Positions 38,349-47,836 of a stretch of 64,000 bases of DNA are shown piece by piece. Source of the stretch: a virus; IMG/VR virus record IMGVR_UViG_3300021255_002737; one strand, written 5' to 3'. Each line of letters starts with the position of its first letter. Positions within the stretch are counted from its first letter, which is position 1. The notes below the pieces were generated by a model. The model was not told the origin of the DNA. It searched no databases and saw only the letters and a list, made by a program, of their open reading frames with translations. Position numbers and translations under genes: made by a program.

Positions 38349-38603
38349 ATGAAACGGTTTGTCTATGAGTCGTGCACGGAATGGCACGGCAGCGGCTATA
38401 CAACAACGACGAAAATCTATGCCGTTATCCCTAAAGTGGCACGGGACGCCATTGCAAAGGCAGAGAATTGGCATGGCTGCCATTGGGACGCGCCCGACGT
38501 GATTTTCAGCGAATCCGTAGAGGGCACATTTATGAGTAGAGAAGCGTTTACTATTATCAACGCATTGGGTGCCGTTGAGTATAACGACGATGAAGAAGAA
38601 TAA
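38349..38603 (+). CDS. hypothetical acidic protein
   Basis: 84 aa; RBS AAGGAG. Confidence 0.55.
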   Translation: MKRFVYESCTEWHGSGYTTTTKIYAVIPKVARDAIAKAENWHGCHWDAPDVIFSESVEGTFMSREAFTIINALGAVEYNDDEEE

Positions 38604-38620
38604 GGAAGGAAGTATTCACC

Positions 38621-39292
38621 ATGACAAAGATTTTGTATATCCCCCGCTCTAGTAATAAAAAGACGGGAGATATCAGTCAGACGTATAGCGCGTGCAATAC
38701 GTGTCCCGTATCCTGTCCGTTTAAAGGCCATGGATGTTACGGCGAAAACTTCACGACAAAAATCCATTGGAAAAAGGCGAATTGCACGGAAAAAACATTG
38801 GCAGATTCTATGGCTGAAAAAGGGCATTCGAAGGTTGTTCGCCATAATGTCGCCGGCGACATGTGCAAGCCTGGAACAAGTGAATTGGATACCGCATTGA
38901 TCCATGACTTGATTAAAGCATGGAAAACGATGAAGGTTACGGCGTATACCTATACCCATGCTGACAAAACGTCTCGTAATTTCGCCGTAGTCAAGCACGC
39001 GATTAAAAACGGGTTTATCGTGAATGTTTCTTGCGAATCCCTTGAGCAGGTTGAAGCATGTCATGAGAACAACATTCCGTCTGTTCTCGCCGTCTACGAG
39101 TGGGCAGAAAAAGACAAGGTAACGTGCCGGATCAACGGTATTACCTATCGCCTTTGCCCTGCATGTCATGACAAAAACGTAACTTGCCGTGATTGTGGCA
39201 AGTGTTGGAAAAAAGACAGAAAGGAAGTCATTGTTTTTCCTGCCCATGGTTACGGCAAGAAAAAGACGCGCAGCTTTCTGATGGATTTATAA
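38621..39292 (+). CDS. Cys-rich protein (possibly GP88-like)
   Basis: CNTCPVSCPFKGHGCYGENF near the N-terminus; CPACHDKNVTCRDCGKC near the C-terminus. Confidence 0.35.
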   Translation: MTKILYIPRSSNKKTGDISQTYSACNTCPVSCPFKGHGCYGENFTTKIHWKKANCTEKTLADSMAEKGHSKVVRHNVAGDMCKPGTSELDTALIHDLIKAWKTMKVTAYTYTHADKTSRNFAVVKHAIKNGFIVNVSCESLEQVEACHENNIPSVLAVYEWAEKDKVTCRINGITYRLCPACHDKNVTCRDCGKCWKKDRKEVIVFPAHGYGKKKTRSFLMDL

Positions 39293-39304
39293 GGGGGGGT
39301 TACC

Positions 39305-39769
39305 ATGAAAACGATTGTCAAAAAATACAGTGTAGCACTCGTGAAAGAGTCCGCCCATAAATATGCCGATATTCCTACTCGCCTTGATGATCCTTGGAAA
39401 ATCATTTCGTATGCCGATTCAATTTTGAATTTCGATGGAATGACAAAGGAAAACTTTGTACTCGTTCCCGTCGATACAAAGTTGAAGCCGTTGGGCGTGT
39501 TTGTTCTCACAACGGGAACAATCAACGCTAGTCTCGTTTCGACTAGGGACGTATTCCAGGCGGCGTTGTTATACAATGCGGCAAGCATTTTTGTCCTGCA
39601 CAACCATCCTAGCGGGGATCCATCGCCCTCTAGGCAGGACAAGGGAATTACCAAAAAGCTGATTGATGCAGGAAAGCTGATGGAAATTCCGTTGGTGGAT
39701 CACGTTATTGTCGGTGAGAACAAATACTACTCATTCAAAGTAGACGGAAAGGATGAAATTGAATGGTAA
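39305..39769 (+). CDS. radC: RadC-like JAB/MPN domain protein
   Basis: HNHPSGDPSPSRQD JAMM motif. Confidence 0.8.
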   Translation: MKTIVKKYSVALVKESAHKYADIPTRLDDPWKIISYADSILNFDGMTKENFVLVPVDTKLKPLGVFVLTTGTINASLVSTRDVFQAALLYNAASIFVLHNHPSGDPSPSRQDKGITKKLIDAGKLMEIPLVDHVIVGENKYYSFKVDGKDEIEW

Positions 39770-39777
39770 GGGAAATA

Positions 39778-39936
39778 ATGCTTCTCGTGATCCTGCTGTT
39801 TCTCTCTATGGTGGCGGGATGGTTCTCCCCTCTCGCTCCCTGGTTTGATCTAGGCGGGTTCGTACACTCACATACAGTTTTAGGACTGTACGCGATTACA
39901 CTAGGTGTATACATGTATCATAGAAAGGCGGAATGA
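39778..39936 (+). CDS. small membrane protein (52 aa)
   Basis: Below the ORF cutoff. MLLVILLFLSMVAGWF... with two hydrophobic segments; tightly packed between its neighbours. Confidence 0.4.
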   Translation: MLLVILLFLSMVAGWFSPLAPWFDLGGFVHSHTVLGLYAITLGVYMYHRKAE

Positions 39937-39939
39937 CTT

Positions 39940-40428
39940 ATGTACAAACGTGTTTCTATTCGTGCTGCTGAGATTCGCAAGAAGTTGAAGGGAATTGGCT
40001 ATAATAGCCGCATGGTTAGTGTCCGTTCATCACAATTCTCTGGCGGGGATGACATCGTTATCCGTATGAAGTCCGTAGACGTAGACGAACACAAAGTCAG
40101 AGAGATTGCAAAGGAATATGAAGACATTGCCCGTGATAAATGCAATGGTGAAATTCTAATGGGTTCTAACTCGTTCGTATTCGTTGAATGGGACTGGCAA
40201 TTTATTGAGAAAGCAAAAGAGAAATGGTATAGCCTAGCGAAAACCATCTATAAAAAGCCGTGCATTTCCCTTGATAATTTCCATTGGATCAAGGATAGCT
40301 GTGTTCTGAGTGTATATGACAAGTATGGTATCCGTCATCAGTTTAGGGCAGGAATTGACGGAATTGCAGACGCCCTATTGTATGCCATTGAGATTTACAA
40401 AACAGTCAAGGAGAGTGATTTAAAATGA
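39940..40428 (+). CDS. hypothetical protein
   Basis: 162 aa; overlaps the next gene by ATGA. Confidence 0.55.
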   Translation: MYKRVSIRAAEIRKKLKGIGYNSRMVSVRSSQFSGGDDIVIRMKSVDVDEHKVREIAKEYEDIARDKCNGEILMGSNSFVFVEWDWQFIEKAKEKWYSLAKTIYKKPCISLDNFHWIKDSCVLSVYDKYGIRHQFRAGIDGIADALLYAIEIYKTVKESDLK

Positions 40429-40865
40429 AAACAATCAAACTGTATTCTTACAACGAGCTGAACAGGTCTGCCAAGGCGTCCGCATATAAGACAATGGCAG
40501 CGGATCACAATTTCATGATTAAACAGGAGCTTGCAGGATGTGCAAAAGTCATCTGCAAGGCTTTTAGCGGTATCGAATGGGATGGCACGGCGTTTTATGG
40601 GTTCCAGGATGATAACTTTAGTATGACTAGTGCAATCATCGCCCTTGACGATATGCACAACGTAGAGTTGAAGAACATTATCATGTCTGAGTTACTCATC
40701 GACATGTCATGGAATACCTATGGTTATTCCCCTGCAGAATGGTTTAACAGCGCGTACAAGAAATTCTTCTACAAGTACAAGGCCACTCCTGAGTGCATTG
40801 CAAAGTACTGTAAGGATTGTCATAAATGGTTTTATGTGAATGGTGCTATCTATTATGACGAATAA
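40425..40865 (+). CDS. hypothetical protein
   Basis: 146 aa; C-terminal CKDCHKW. Confidence 0.5.
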   Translation: MKTIKLYSYNELNRSAKASAYKTMAADHNFMIKQELAGCAKVICKAFSGIEWDGTAFYGFQDDNFSMTSAIIALDDMHNVELKNIIMSELLIDMSWNTYGYSPAEWFNSAYKKFFYKYKATPECIAKYCKDCHKWFYVNGAIYYDE

Positions 40866-40915
40866 TTGGCAGCTAGAGTTTACAAGGATAATCCTTGTAG
40901 GCTCTATGGTGTTAA
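40863..40915 (+). repeat. intergenic hairpin element, copy 2
   Basis: TAATTGGCAGCTAGAGTTTACAAGG-loop-CCTTGTAGGCTCTATGGTGTTAA. Confidence 0.6.
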
Positions 40916-40947
40916 CTATCAGTCAACTTATAGGAAGGATGATTAAA

Positions 40948-41250
40948 ATGAAGAGAATGTACTATGCTGAACATTGCAGATGGGGCGTAAATGTGTCCTA
41001 CGAGTCCATGAACGGGAATGCCTTTAGCTTCTATGCATTTGACAGCAAGGCTGCTCGCGATGAATGGGTTGAATCCCATGAGTGGGATGGCTATCCAAAC
41101 AGGACGGCAGGAGAATCCACTAGAAAAGCCGTAGAGCATTGTTGCGGGAAAGACTTTAGTCTCGTGAAAGCCGATGAAGGTGTATGGGTTTGTTGCCGTA
41201 AAGGTTTAGAGTATATCGTAGAAATGGAATTAATTTCTCAGGATAGATAA
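40948..41250 (+). CDS. hypothetical protein
   Basis: Start moved to the ATG at 40948 (RBS GGAAGGATG). Confidence 0.5.
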   Translation: MKRMYYAEHCRWGVNVSYESMNGNAFSFYAFDSKAARDEWVESHEWDGYPNRTAGESTRKAVEHCCGKDFSLVKADEGVWVCCRKGLEYIVEMELISQDR

Positions 41251-41263
41251 GGAGTGAAACAGC

Positions 41264-41686
41264 ATGTTGTATACAGGCGGAAGTTTTTCTGATAAATCAA
41301 AAGAGGACAATGTTATGAGCGGAACAGTCAAAAATGGCGTAATGGTTATTTGGCGCAAGGGTAACAAGAACGACTCGCCCATTATCACTGTTTCTATTAA
41401 TGAAGTGGATCAGGCATTAGAAAAAGGCAGTGCTAATAGTGAGTATACACTTCGCCAACTAGCAAAACAAAAGGACTATGCCGCCGTAGAGATATGGATT
41501 GATGGGACTAAAAAACCGGTGTTGCGCCAGTGGCGCCGCTATTTTTGGGAAAGAGACAAGTCTTTGCCATATGAAGAACATGCTATTGATTCGGCGGTAC
41601 GTGTTATCAAGAATCTTTATAAAATAGCAACGGGCGAATTACCTAGAAGCCCATGGGAAAAGCATTGGGAAGAAAAGGAGATATAA
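41264..41686 (+). CDS. hypothetical protein
   Basis: 140 aa; RBS AAGGAGTG. Confidence 0.55.
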   Translation: MLYTGGSFSDKSKEDNVMSGTVKNGVMVIWRKGNKNDSPIITVSINEVDQALEKGSANSEYTLRQLAKQKDYAAVEIWIDGTKKPVLRQWRRYFWERDKSLPYEEHAIDSAVRVIKNLYKIATGELPRSPWEKHWEEKEI

Positions 41687-41688
41687 CA

Positions 41689-41964
41689 ATGGAAGAACGT
41701 ATTAAGGAGCAGAAAATGAAAGAATTAGGAGAAGAATTGATCGCTAAAAATAGAATTATGTGTCGTACACATGACAATAACTTGCGTATGGTGGCGGCGC
41801 AACATGCTTATGCGAGATTAGGTATGTTGTTGGGATTAGCTGATTTAGACTATAATAATCCAATCGTTGCAGAAATTAGAAGAAAACAGGTAGCCATGTT
41901 TGGTAAACAGGCGGTTGTAAACATTCATACATTTTTCGCCCCAGGGGATCAACACAATAACTAA
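41689..41964 (+). CDS. hypothetical protein
   Basis: Start at 41689 (RBS AAAGGAG). Confidence 0.5.
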   Translation: MEERIKEQKMKELGEELIAKNRIMCRTHDNNLRMVAAQHAYARLGMLLGLADLDYNNPIVAEIRRKQVAMFGKQAVVNIHTFFAPGDQHNN

Positions 41965-42042
41965 TGGACAGCAATACAAGGGACAAGGTTAATCTCCTTG
42001 TCCTCTGCATGGTATTCATTAGGTTAGAAAGGTAGGTATATC

Positions 42043-42690
42043 ATGGACATTAAGGCAAAGATTGAGAAATTACTGGCGAAAACGGTTGAGAATGGTTGCA
42101 CGATGGAAGAAGCTGCGGCAGCTGCAAAGATGGTACAGAAACTCATTGGAAAGCACCATATTGAATTAGCAGAGGTAGGCAATGAGACAGAAACGGCAGA
42201 CGGAGAGATTCTTGATGCAAAGAGTGTAAGGAAATGGGAAATTCGTTTAATTTCTACGATTGCTAGGAATATGCGTTGTGAAGCCATTGTTTCACATCGT
42301 TATACCGCTGGAAATATCAATAGGAAGTCATTCGTCTATATCATTGGTATGGATGCAGACCGTAAAGCTGTCATCTTACTCTATGAGAAATTACGGAAAA
42401 TCTGTAAAATTGGAATGAGAAAAGAACAGAATTACCATAAATCCATGTATGGAAATGCAAAAGGGATAGCCGATAGTTACGGCTTTGGCTTTACGATGGC
42501 AATTAAAGAGGAAATGACAAAACAGGCAAAAGCACTAGTTCTTGTCAAACCAAAAGAGGTAGACGATAAAGTCCAGGAGCTTTTCCCGAACGTTAAAACG
42601 AGACGTGTCAATGTATCTTGTAATGCCCATGCCTATGACAGCGGTATGAGTGACGGGCATAGTGCTATGAGTGTTTCAGCGATTGAATAA
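42043..42690 (+). CDS. DUF2786-like protein
   Basis: N-terminus IEKLLAKTVENGCTMEEAAAAAKMVQKLIGKHHI, typical of DUF2786. Confidence 0.5.
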   Translation: MDIKAKIEKLLAKTVENGCTMEEAAAAAKMVQKLIGKHHIELAEVGNETETADGEILDAKSVRKWEIRLISTIARNMRCEAIVSHRYTAGNINRKSFVYIIGMDADRKAVILLYEKLRKICKIGMRKEQNYHKSMYGNAKGIADSYGFGFTMAIKEEMTKQAKALVLVKPKEVDDKVQELFPNVKTRRVNVSCNAHAYDSGMSDGHSAMSVSAIE

Positions 42691-42702
42691 GGAGGTATAA
42701 CC

Positions 42703-42873
42703 ATGAAAGAGTTTAACACTTTCATCCATGAGTTTACAGAAGACGTAAAGAAGGAATACAGGGAATTAGCAAGGGGAACGCCATGCGATGACTTGTATGC
42801 ACTAGGGAAAATCCAGAGAATTGCCCTGGAACACGTTGCAAATCGGTACAGGACACGTAGAAAGGCAGGGTAA
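42703..42873 (+). CDS. small protein (56 aa)
   Basis: Below the ORF cutoff; strong RBS AAGGAGG. Confidence 0.5.
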   Translation: MKEFNTFIHEFTEDVKKEYRELARGTPCDDLYALGKIQRIALEHVANRYRTRRKAG

Positions 42874-42877
42874 TGAC

Positions 42878-43057
42878 ATGGAGAGAATCATTTTGGAAGC
42901 ACATTCCAGAAGGGAAATGTTAGAGGGAATTAAACGATTCTATATTGATGGTATCTGGGAAATTAGAGAGGATGGCACGGTATATAACGAGATTGGCGGC
43001 ACTGTTTCGCATTTTCATGTAGAGGTATGCAATGACGTTTGGAGGTTTGGCAAATGA
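42878..43057 (+). CDS. small protein (59 aa)
   Basis: The ATG at 42878 lies 4 nt after the previous stop. Confidence 0.45.
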   Translation: MERIILEAHSRREMLEGIKRFYIDGIWEIREDGTVYNEIGGTVSHFHVEVCNDVWRFGK

Positions 43058-43278
43058 AACATATATTGACATATAGAATTATTGGAGAACCTGAGTATGA
43101 TTCTAAAAGGCAAAGAAAATGGCGTTCAGAGGGTTATTGCCTTGAAACAGATCACAGGGTATGGGTGCTGTATAACCTTGGGGAACGTCCATTGATACGA
43201 ACAATGAAGGACAAGGTTATTAGGTCTGCAGCGGAAAGGAGATGGGAACACTATGGGAAGCACGAGTTTATGGCATGA
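43054..43278 (+). CDS. hypothetical protein
   Basis: ATG at 43054 (RBS GGAGG). Confidence 0.5.
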   Translation: MKHILTYRIIGEPEYDSKRQRKWRSEGYCLETDHRVWVLYNLGERPLIRTMKDKVIRSAAERRWEHYGKHEFMA

Positions 43279-44047
43279 CTTCCTGGACGATGTCCATGCA
43301 ACAAAGTCAGAGAACACATACAAAAGCTATCAGAATGCCCTGCGGTATTTCAAGGATGGTTCACTAGAGGAAATTAGGGCGTTTCTAGGCAATGACCTTG
43401 CGGATAGTACTAAAAAACAAACGCTTAGAATCCTTTGTATTGCCCTTGAATACAATGACATGTATGATAATGCTCGTAGAAAACTCATCAAATCATATAG
43501 GCCGAACATTGTTATACAGGAGTGTCCTACGGATAAGGACATAGAGCTTGTATGGGACAATCTATTGACACACAGGGACCGGGCCATGTTCGCCCTGATG
43601 GCTTACAATGGGTTGCGCGTTGGTGAAGTCGCTGGATTCAACGTGGATGATTTACTGAGTGGGGATAGATTGATGCTGCGGAATACCAAAGGAAAACACG
43701 ATGCTATCATCCCATTGGTTCATCCGCGTGTCCTGTCTAGTCTCAGGGCATATATTAAGGAAAGAAAAAGTACATCCCCTGCCCTGTTCTTGAATCACAG
43801 AGGGGCACGCATAAGCTCTAATGGGCTTACTCAGCTGATTCGTAACGAGTTTCATGACAATGGTTTGCCATTCCATGCACATAGCCTGAGAAGGTACTTT
43901 GCTAACACATTGTCAAGGAATGGGATTCCAGTGCAGGATATACAGGTAGCCATGCGTCACGCCAACATTGTAACGACAATGGGATACTTGAATATTGATG
44001 AAGATAGGACGAAAAGTGTATTACAGGAGGTTTATCATGCAATATAA
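43253..44047 (+). CDS. XerC/D-like tyrosine recombinase (second recombinase)
   Basis: 264 aa. RDRAMFALMAYNGLRVGE, HAHSLRRYFAN, MRHANIVTTMGYL. Confidence 0.8.
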   Translation: MGSTSLWHDFLDDVHATKSENTYKSYQNALRYFKDGSLEEIRAFLGNDLADSTKKQTLRILCIALEYNDMYDNARRKLIKSYRPNIVIQECPTDKDIELVWDNLLTHRDRAMFALMAYNGLRVGEVAGFNVDDLLSGDRLMLRNTKGKHDAIIPLVHPRVLSSLRAYIKERKSTSPALFLNHRGARISSNGLTQLIRNEFHDNGLPFHAHSLRRYFANTLSRNGIPVQDIQVAMRHANIVTTMGYLNIDEDRTKSVLQEVYHAI

Positions 44048-44927
44048 GGGCAATCGTGTATTCACAACAGATGACTTCATGAAAATCATTGGAGTTAAAT
44101 CATGGTGCGGTATGAAAGGTTTTTGCAAAAGGAACGGCATTACGCCTATGAAATTATCACGGGATGAAAGTCTCTCTTTCTGTGATGAGAATGGATTCTA
44201 TAAAAACTATCCAAACGGTTTATTGTTGTTCACTATTTCTGATATGGATAAGGCATTGCATGTCCAGGGAATCAGCAAGAGTCTGACACAGGCAAATCCA
44301 GATGGAAATGTTATAGCATTTTCCTGTCCGGAATTTCAGCAGCTACGGGTGATTGAGGATACCAATGGGAATCCATGGTTCATTGGTAAGGATGTTGCTG
44401 AAAATCTGGGGTACGAATACACGGCAAATGCCATGCAGGATCATGTGTATTCCGATGACAAGGCAACGTTAAAGCGTAAGAATGGACAAGGGGTTGTTAT
44501 CCTAAATGAGAATGGTTCTAAAGTGGACAAATCGCCCACTTTGGAAAACCGTAGTATAAATGAGAATGGTTCTAAAGGTTCCATTTCACACCCTTTAGAG
44601 AATCCATTCCCCTCTCCTATCAATATCACGGGACTCAATGTGCCGCCGCGGGGACTCACGATAATCAATGAGTCGGGCATGTACAGCCTTATCTTTGGCA
44701 GCAAACTGGAGTCGGCAAAACGGTTCAAACATTGGGTGACTAGTGAGGTGCTACCGTCTATCCGTAAAACTGGCAGGTATTCTATGAAGGAATCTAATGA
44801 TGGTACGACGAATACTATTGATGAGAAACTGGATGAGATCATGCAGCAGATTCAGAGTATCAAAGCATACCTTGTAACAAGGGACACGGCGCAGGTATTG
44901 GTGAGCAGGGAGATGATGAAGATATGA
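44037..44927 (+). CDS. Bro-N family protein
   Basis: WFIGKDVAENLGY and AKRFKHWVTSEVLPSIRKTGRY. Confidence 0.7.
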   Translation: MQYKGNRVFTTDDFMKIIGVKSWCGMKGFCKRNGITPMKLSRDESLSFCDENGFYKNYPNGLLLFTISDMDKALHVQGISKSLTQANPDGNVIAFSCPEFQQLRVIEDTNGNPWFIGKDVAENLGYEYTANAMQDHVYSDDKATLKRKNGQGVVILNENGSKVDKSPTLENRSINENGSKGSISHPLENPFPSPINITGLNVPPRGLTIINESGMYSLIFGSKLESAKRFKHWVTSEVLPSIRKTGRYSMKESNDGTTNTIDEKLDEIMQQIQSIKAYLVTRDTAQVLVSREMMKI

Positions 44928-44997
44928 TTACGGCAGGGATTTTCTTCTTTGTATTACTATCGCTTGCAACAAAGGATTAATGGGGAGGCACATTAAA

Positions 44998-45198
44998 ATG
45001 AAACTGGTTGATACATACACGGGAAAAGAAATAGCGACTATTATAACGAATCATGGACTGACAATGGACGAAGCAATTAACTTATCTGGTATGGAGGAGA
45101 TTGTGATTGATCCTAGTACAGAAGAAATTGGATACCGTGATGCCGATGGGGACGAGCATTGGTATGACAGTTTGGGATTACTGGATGATGAGGAGTGA
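44998..45198 (+). CDS. small acidic protein
   Basis: RBS GGGGAGG. Confidence 0.45.
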   Translation: MKLVDTYTGKEIATIITNHGLTMDEAINLSGMEEIVIDPSTEEIGYRDADGDEHWYDSLGLLDDEE

Positions 45199-45203
45199 TT
45201 GCA

Positions 45204-45419
45204 ATGAGGGCGACGATTGAAATTAACATTAATACAAAAAGGAAATATGGATACGTAAACTTGACAATGGGATACGGTAAATCTGTATGTGCTAGTATTG
45301 AAAAAGATGAATTTGATAGTGTTGCTACTATTGATAATGCATTAAGGGAAATTGTATTGGACTACATCAAGAAAGACATTAGTGATAAACTGGAAGATGA
45401 AATTTGGGACAATGAATAA
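45204..45419 (+). CDS. small protein
   Basis: ATG at 45204 after GAGGAGTG. Confidence 0.45.
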   Translation: MRATIEININTKRKYGYVNLTMGYGKSVCASIEKDEFDSVATIDNALREIVLDYIKKDISDKLEDEIWDNE

Positions 45420-45434
45420 GGAGCGTGAATAACA

Positions 45435-45698
45435 ATGCTTTGGACAGACGGCAATGGGCATTGGACGAACAGCGTTAGAACAGCAAGGGATGGTAATTAT
45501 TACAACCCATCTGCAAGGGAATTGTATGACTATATCGATGAGGAAACAGACAAGACTCAGTCCTGGGATGCAGTTGATGACGATGCATATGACCAGTTGG
45601 TTTATTATTGTGGTCTTGATATTGGCGACTATGATAACAGGGATGACCTTATGGATGATTGCCTTGTAGAAATTGAGAAGGAGGAAAAGGAGCGATAA
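45435..45698 (+). CDS. small highly acidic protein
   Basis: 87 aa, rich in D/E/Y. Confidence 0.5.
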   Translation: MLWTDGNGHWTNSVRTARDGNYYNPSARELYDYIDEETDKTQSWDAVDDDAYDQLVYYCGLDIGDYDNRDDLMDDCLVEIEKEEKER

Positions 45699-45739
45699 GA
45701 TGAATCTAAAGACGGGCAAAAGGATACGATAATACAAAA

Positions 45740-45777
45740 AACAAGGACTACCATTAAGATAGCCCTTGTTTTTTTTA
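45740..45777. terminator. bidirectional intrinsic terminator between convergent operons
   Basis: AACAAGG-17 nt-CCTTGTT, with T-runs on both strands. Confidence 0.65.
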
Positions 45778-46326
45778 TTGCTTGCGTTTGCAGTTTTGAC
45801 AATAGGTACAAAAGGATTCACAATTCTGGGACTTGAGATATTCAGGAAGGTGGCAACGGACTTTCCCATCTGGATCAGTGACATTTCTTGCAACGTCCAT
45901 TGGATACCGTAGCTTATCCTTTGGCGTCGTAGCGAATAACATAGGTGAGTCCTTTTTCAGCAAGGTGCGTAACTCAGGTTTTACCTTGGAAATACGCTGC
46001 ATATGCCGTATAACAGAGCTGCGTGTGTAATGAAGTTCTCTTGCAATCTGCTCTTGGGTAAATCCCCTAGCTGTCATTAAAAACATCTGCCAGTCATCGT
46101 CTGAGAGGTTTGCTTTTAGGTCACAGAGGGTTTTCATGAGTTCCGCTTTCTTCTCTTGGTTCACCAATACGCTACATGGTTCCTCTCCAGACTCAACGTA
46201 ATCCATTGGCATAACATTGGACTTATTCTGGCTCCAATCCATGTAATTGATTCGACGTTGGAGATCATTGACATCAATGCGCCCCGCATTGTAGTCGTCA
46301 AGGAATTGCTCGATTGCATCCTTCAT
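45775..46326 (-). CDS. sigma-70 region-4 / ArpU-RinA-like late transcription regulator
   Basis: LSDDDWQMFLMTARGFTQEQIARELHYTRSSVIRHMQRI; C-terminal Cys cluster CESFCTYCQNC. Last gene of the early operon. Confidence 0.5.
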   Translation of the reverse strand: MKDAIEQFLDDYNAGRIDVNDLQRRINYMDWSQNKSNVMPMDYVESGEEPCSVLVNQEKKAELMKTLCDLKANLSDDDWQMFLMTARGFTQEQIARELHYTRSSVIRHMQRISKVKPELRTLLKKDSPMLFATTPKDKLRYPMDVARNVTDPDGKVRCHLPEYLKSQNCESFCTYCQNCKRKQ

Positions 46327-46640
46327 ACAATCACCGCCTTACGAATGAGGTTCATGCGGTTCTCTGACTTGTTAAAGGCTGTATTGGCTGATACTTTATC
46401 CCCAAAAGCAGTTGCACCGATGATAATGGAACCATCTGGGAGCACTCTATTCCCCTTGTCATTCTTCCCTGCTTTCTTCTTGACATCCAGATAACGAACG
46501 TCATGGGAATAGCCCTTCATGCAATTCAGCAGTGAGTCTACATCCTTTGTGGCAATGGTCATGCAGTACAGAAACCCTGTGTCTCCATAGTCAATCAGGA
46601 TTCTGATAATAGTCATCCCGTTAAGGTTCTTTTGTCTCAT
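46323..46640 (-). CDS. hypothetical protein
   Basis: 105 aa. Confidence 0.5.
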   Translation of the reverse strand: MRQKNLNGMTIIRILIDYGDTGFLYCMTIATKDVDSLLNCMKGYSHDVRYLDVKKKAGKNDKGNRVLPDGSIIIGATAFGDKVSANTAFNKSENRMNLIRKAVIV

Positions 46641-47053
46641 TTTCCTGTACTCCCAAAACCGCCACGATTTTCATCATCAAGATGGTCAACGGACTCAATA
46701 GAGACTTCTGGCATCTTCTTGACGATACGGAACTGAGCAATGCGATCTCCAACGGAAATCTTGCCAGCCCTCAAGGAATAAGCAGGGAATCCCCAAATAT
46801 CGTTTTGGCCAGAGTACGCGCCGTCGATTACGCCGAGGGAATTGGTCATGATAATGCCATAGTGTTTGAATGTGGACGAACGCGGTAAAAGATGTGCTTC
46901 ATAGTCATCTGGGAGCTTGCACGAGAATCCCAATGGAATGAGAAAAGAGATACCTGCGGGATACGTGATATTTACAGAGGATTTAACGTCAATCCAGTCG
47001 CCGTGTTTTTCAAATTCACATTTTGGGTTATGGTATTTTACTTTAATATTCAA
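46637..47053 (-). CDS. dut: dUTPase
   Basis: GVIDGAYSG, RIAQF, GGFGSTG. Confidence 0.85.
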   Translation of the reverse strand: MNIKVKYHNPKCEFEKHGDWIDVKSSVNITYPAGISFLIPLGFSCKLPDDYEAHLLPRSSTFKHYGIIMTNSLGVIDGAYSGQNDIWGFPAYSLRAGKISVGDRIAQFRIVKKMPEVSIESVDHLDDENRGGFGSTGK

Positions 47054-47244
47054 TGGAAAGCCTCCTGTTCTACAATTTGAGTCTTGGTTACTTCATGGAT
47101 TTTATATCGGACTAAAGGGTGTTTGCCGTGTAATTCCGACGCCTTTTCCATTGCAGCGGCAACGGTAGAGCGCATTGCCCACACGTTGCCATGACTGTCT
47201 GCAATGAGATATGCCTTAATCGACAACACCGAAGTCCTTTGCAT
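47050..47244 (-). CDS. hypothetical protein
   Basis: 64 aa. Confidence 0.45.
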   Translation of the reverse strand: MQRTSVLSIKAYLIADSHGNVWAMRSTVAAAMEKASELHGKHPLVRYKIHEVTKTQIVEQEAFH

Positions 47245-47836
47245 ATGGCAGGGTTTTCACCATGTCACAGAATACATGCCAATGAGGGAGTCTATGGTTC
47301 TTGCGCTGTCTGTAAATGGTTTTCAGCTGCAAGTAATTTGTGGAAACCCTTGCGGTCAGATTGAGTCCAACAGGACAAGACAAAAGAAGTTTAAGATATG
47401 CTTTCTTGGCTGCTTTTGTTGTCTTTTCGTTCCCTGTCTGTTTTGCAATCTCTTGTTTGACAAGGTAATCATTCTGTAATTCCATCATGATGTCAACCAT
47501 TCGATTGTCTACGGATTCATCCATACATGTTCTAATGTCCATTTTGGAGAGTCTATGCATAGTGGACTGGGAAGATACAATGTCGAACCAATGGTATCGT
47601 TCTGCTTCCGTCCAGACTTTAACAGGAGCTTTCAGATCAAACTGCACAATGATTCCTTTTAATGCACAGTCATGCCCTGAACCAGCAGGTGAAGAACCGA
47701 GTCTTGTCATGCGGAGAATATCCTTGTCTGTACATTCATTGGACCTTGGCTCATTGGACTTCATAGGAAATCCCGATGCAGCACAGGATTCATTCAGACC
47801 ATATACGTGTATATTCTTGACTTCTAACAATGTCAT
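47216..47836 (-). CDS. hypothetical protein, weakly ThyX-like
   Basis: GHDCALKGIIVQFDL...ERYHWFDIVSSQSTMHR resembles the ThyX core but lacks a clean RHR motif. Confidence 0.3.
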   Translation of the reverse strand: MTLLEVKNIHVYGLNESCAASGFPMKSNEPRSNECTDKDILRMTRLGSSPAGSGHDCALKGIIVQFDLKAPVKVWTEAERYHWFDIVSSQSTMHRLSKMDIRTCMDESVDNRMVDIMMELQNDYLVKQEIAKQTGNEKTTKAAKKAYLKLLLSCPVGLNLTARVSTNYLQLKTIYRQRKNHRLPHWHVFCDMVKTLPYAKDFGVVD

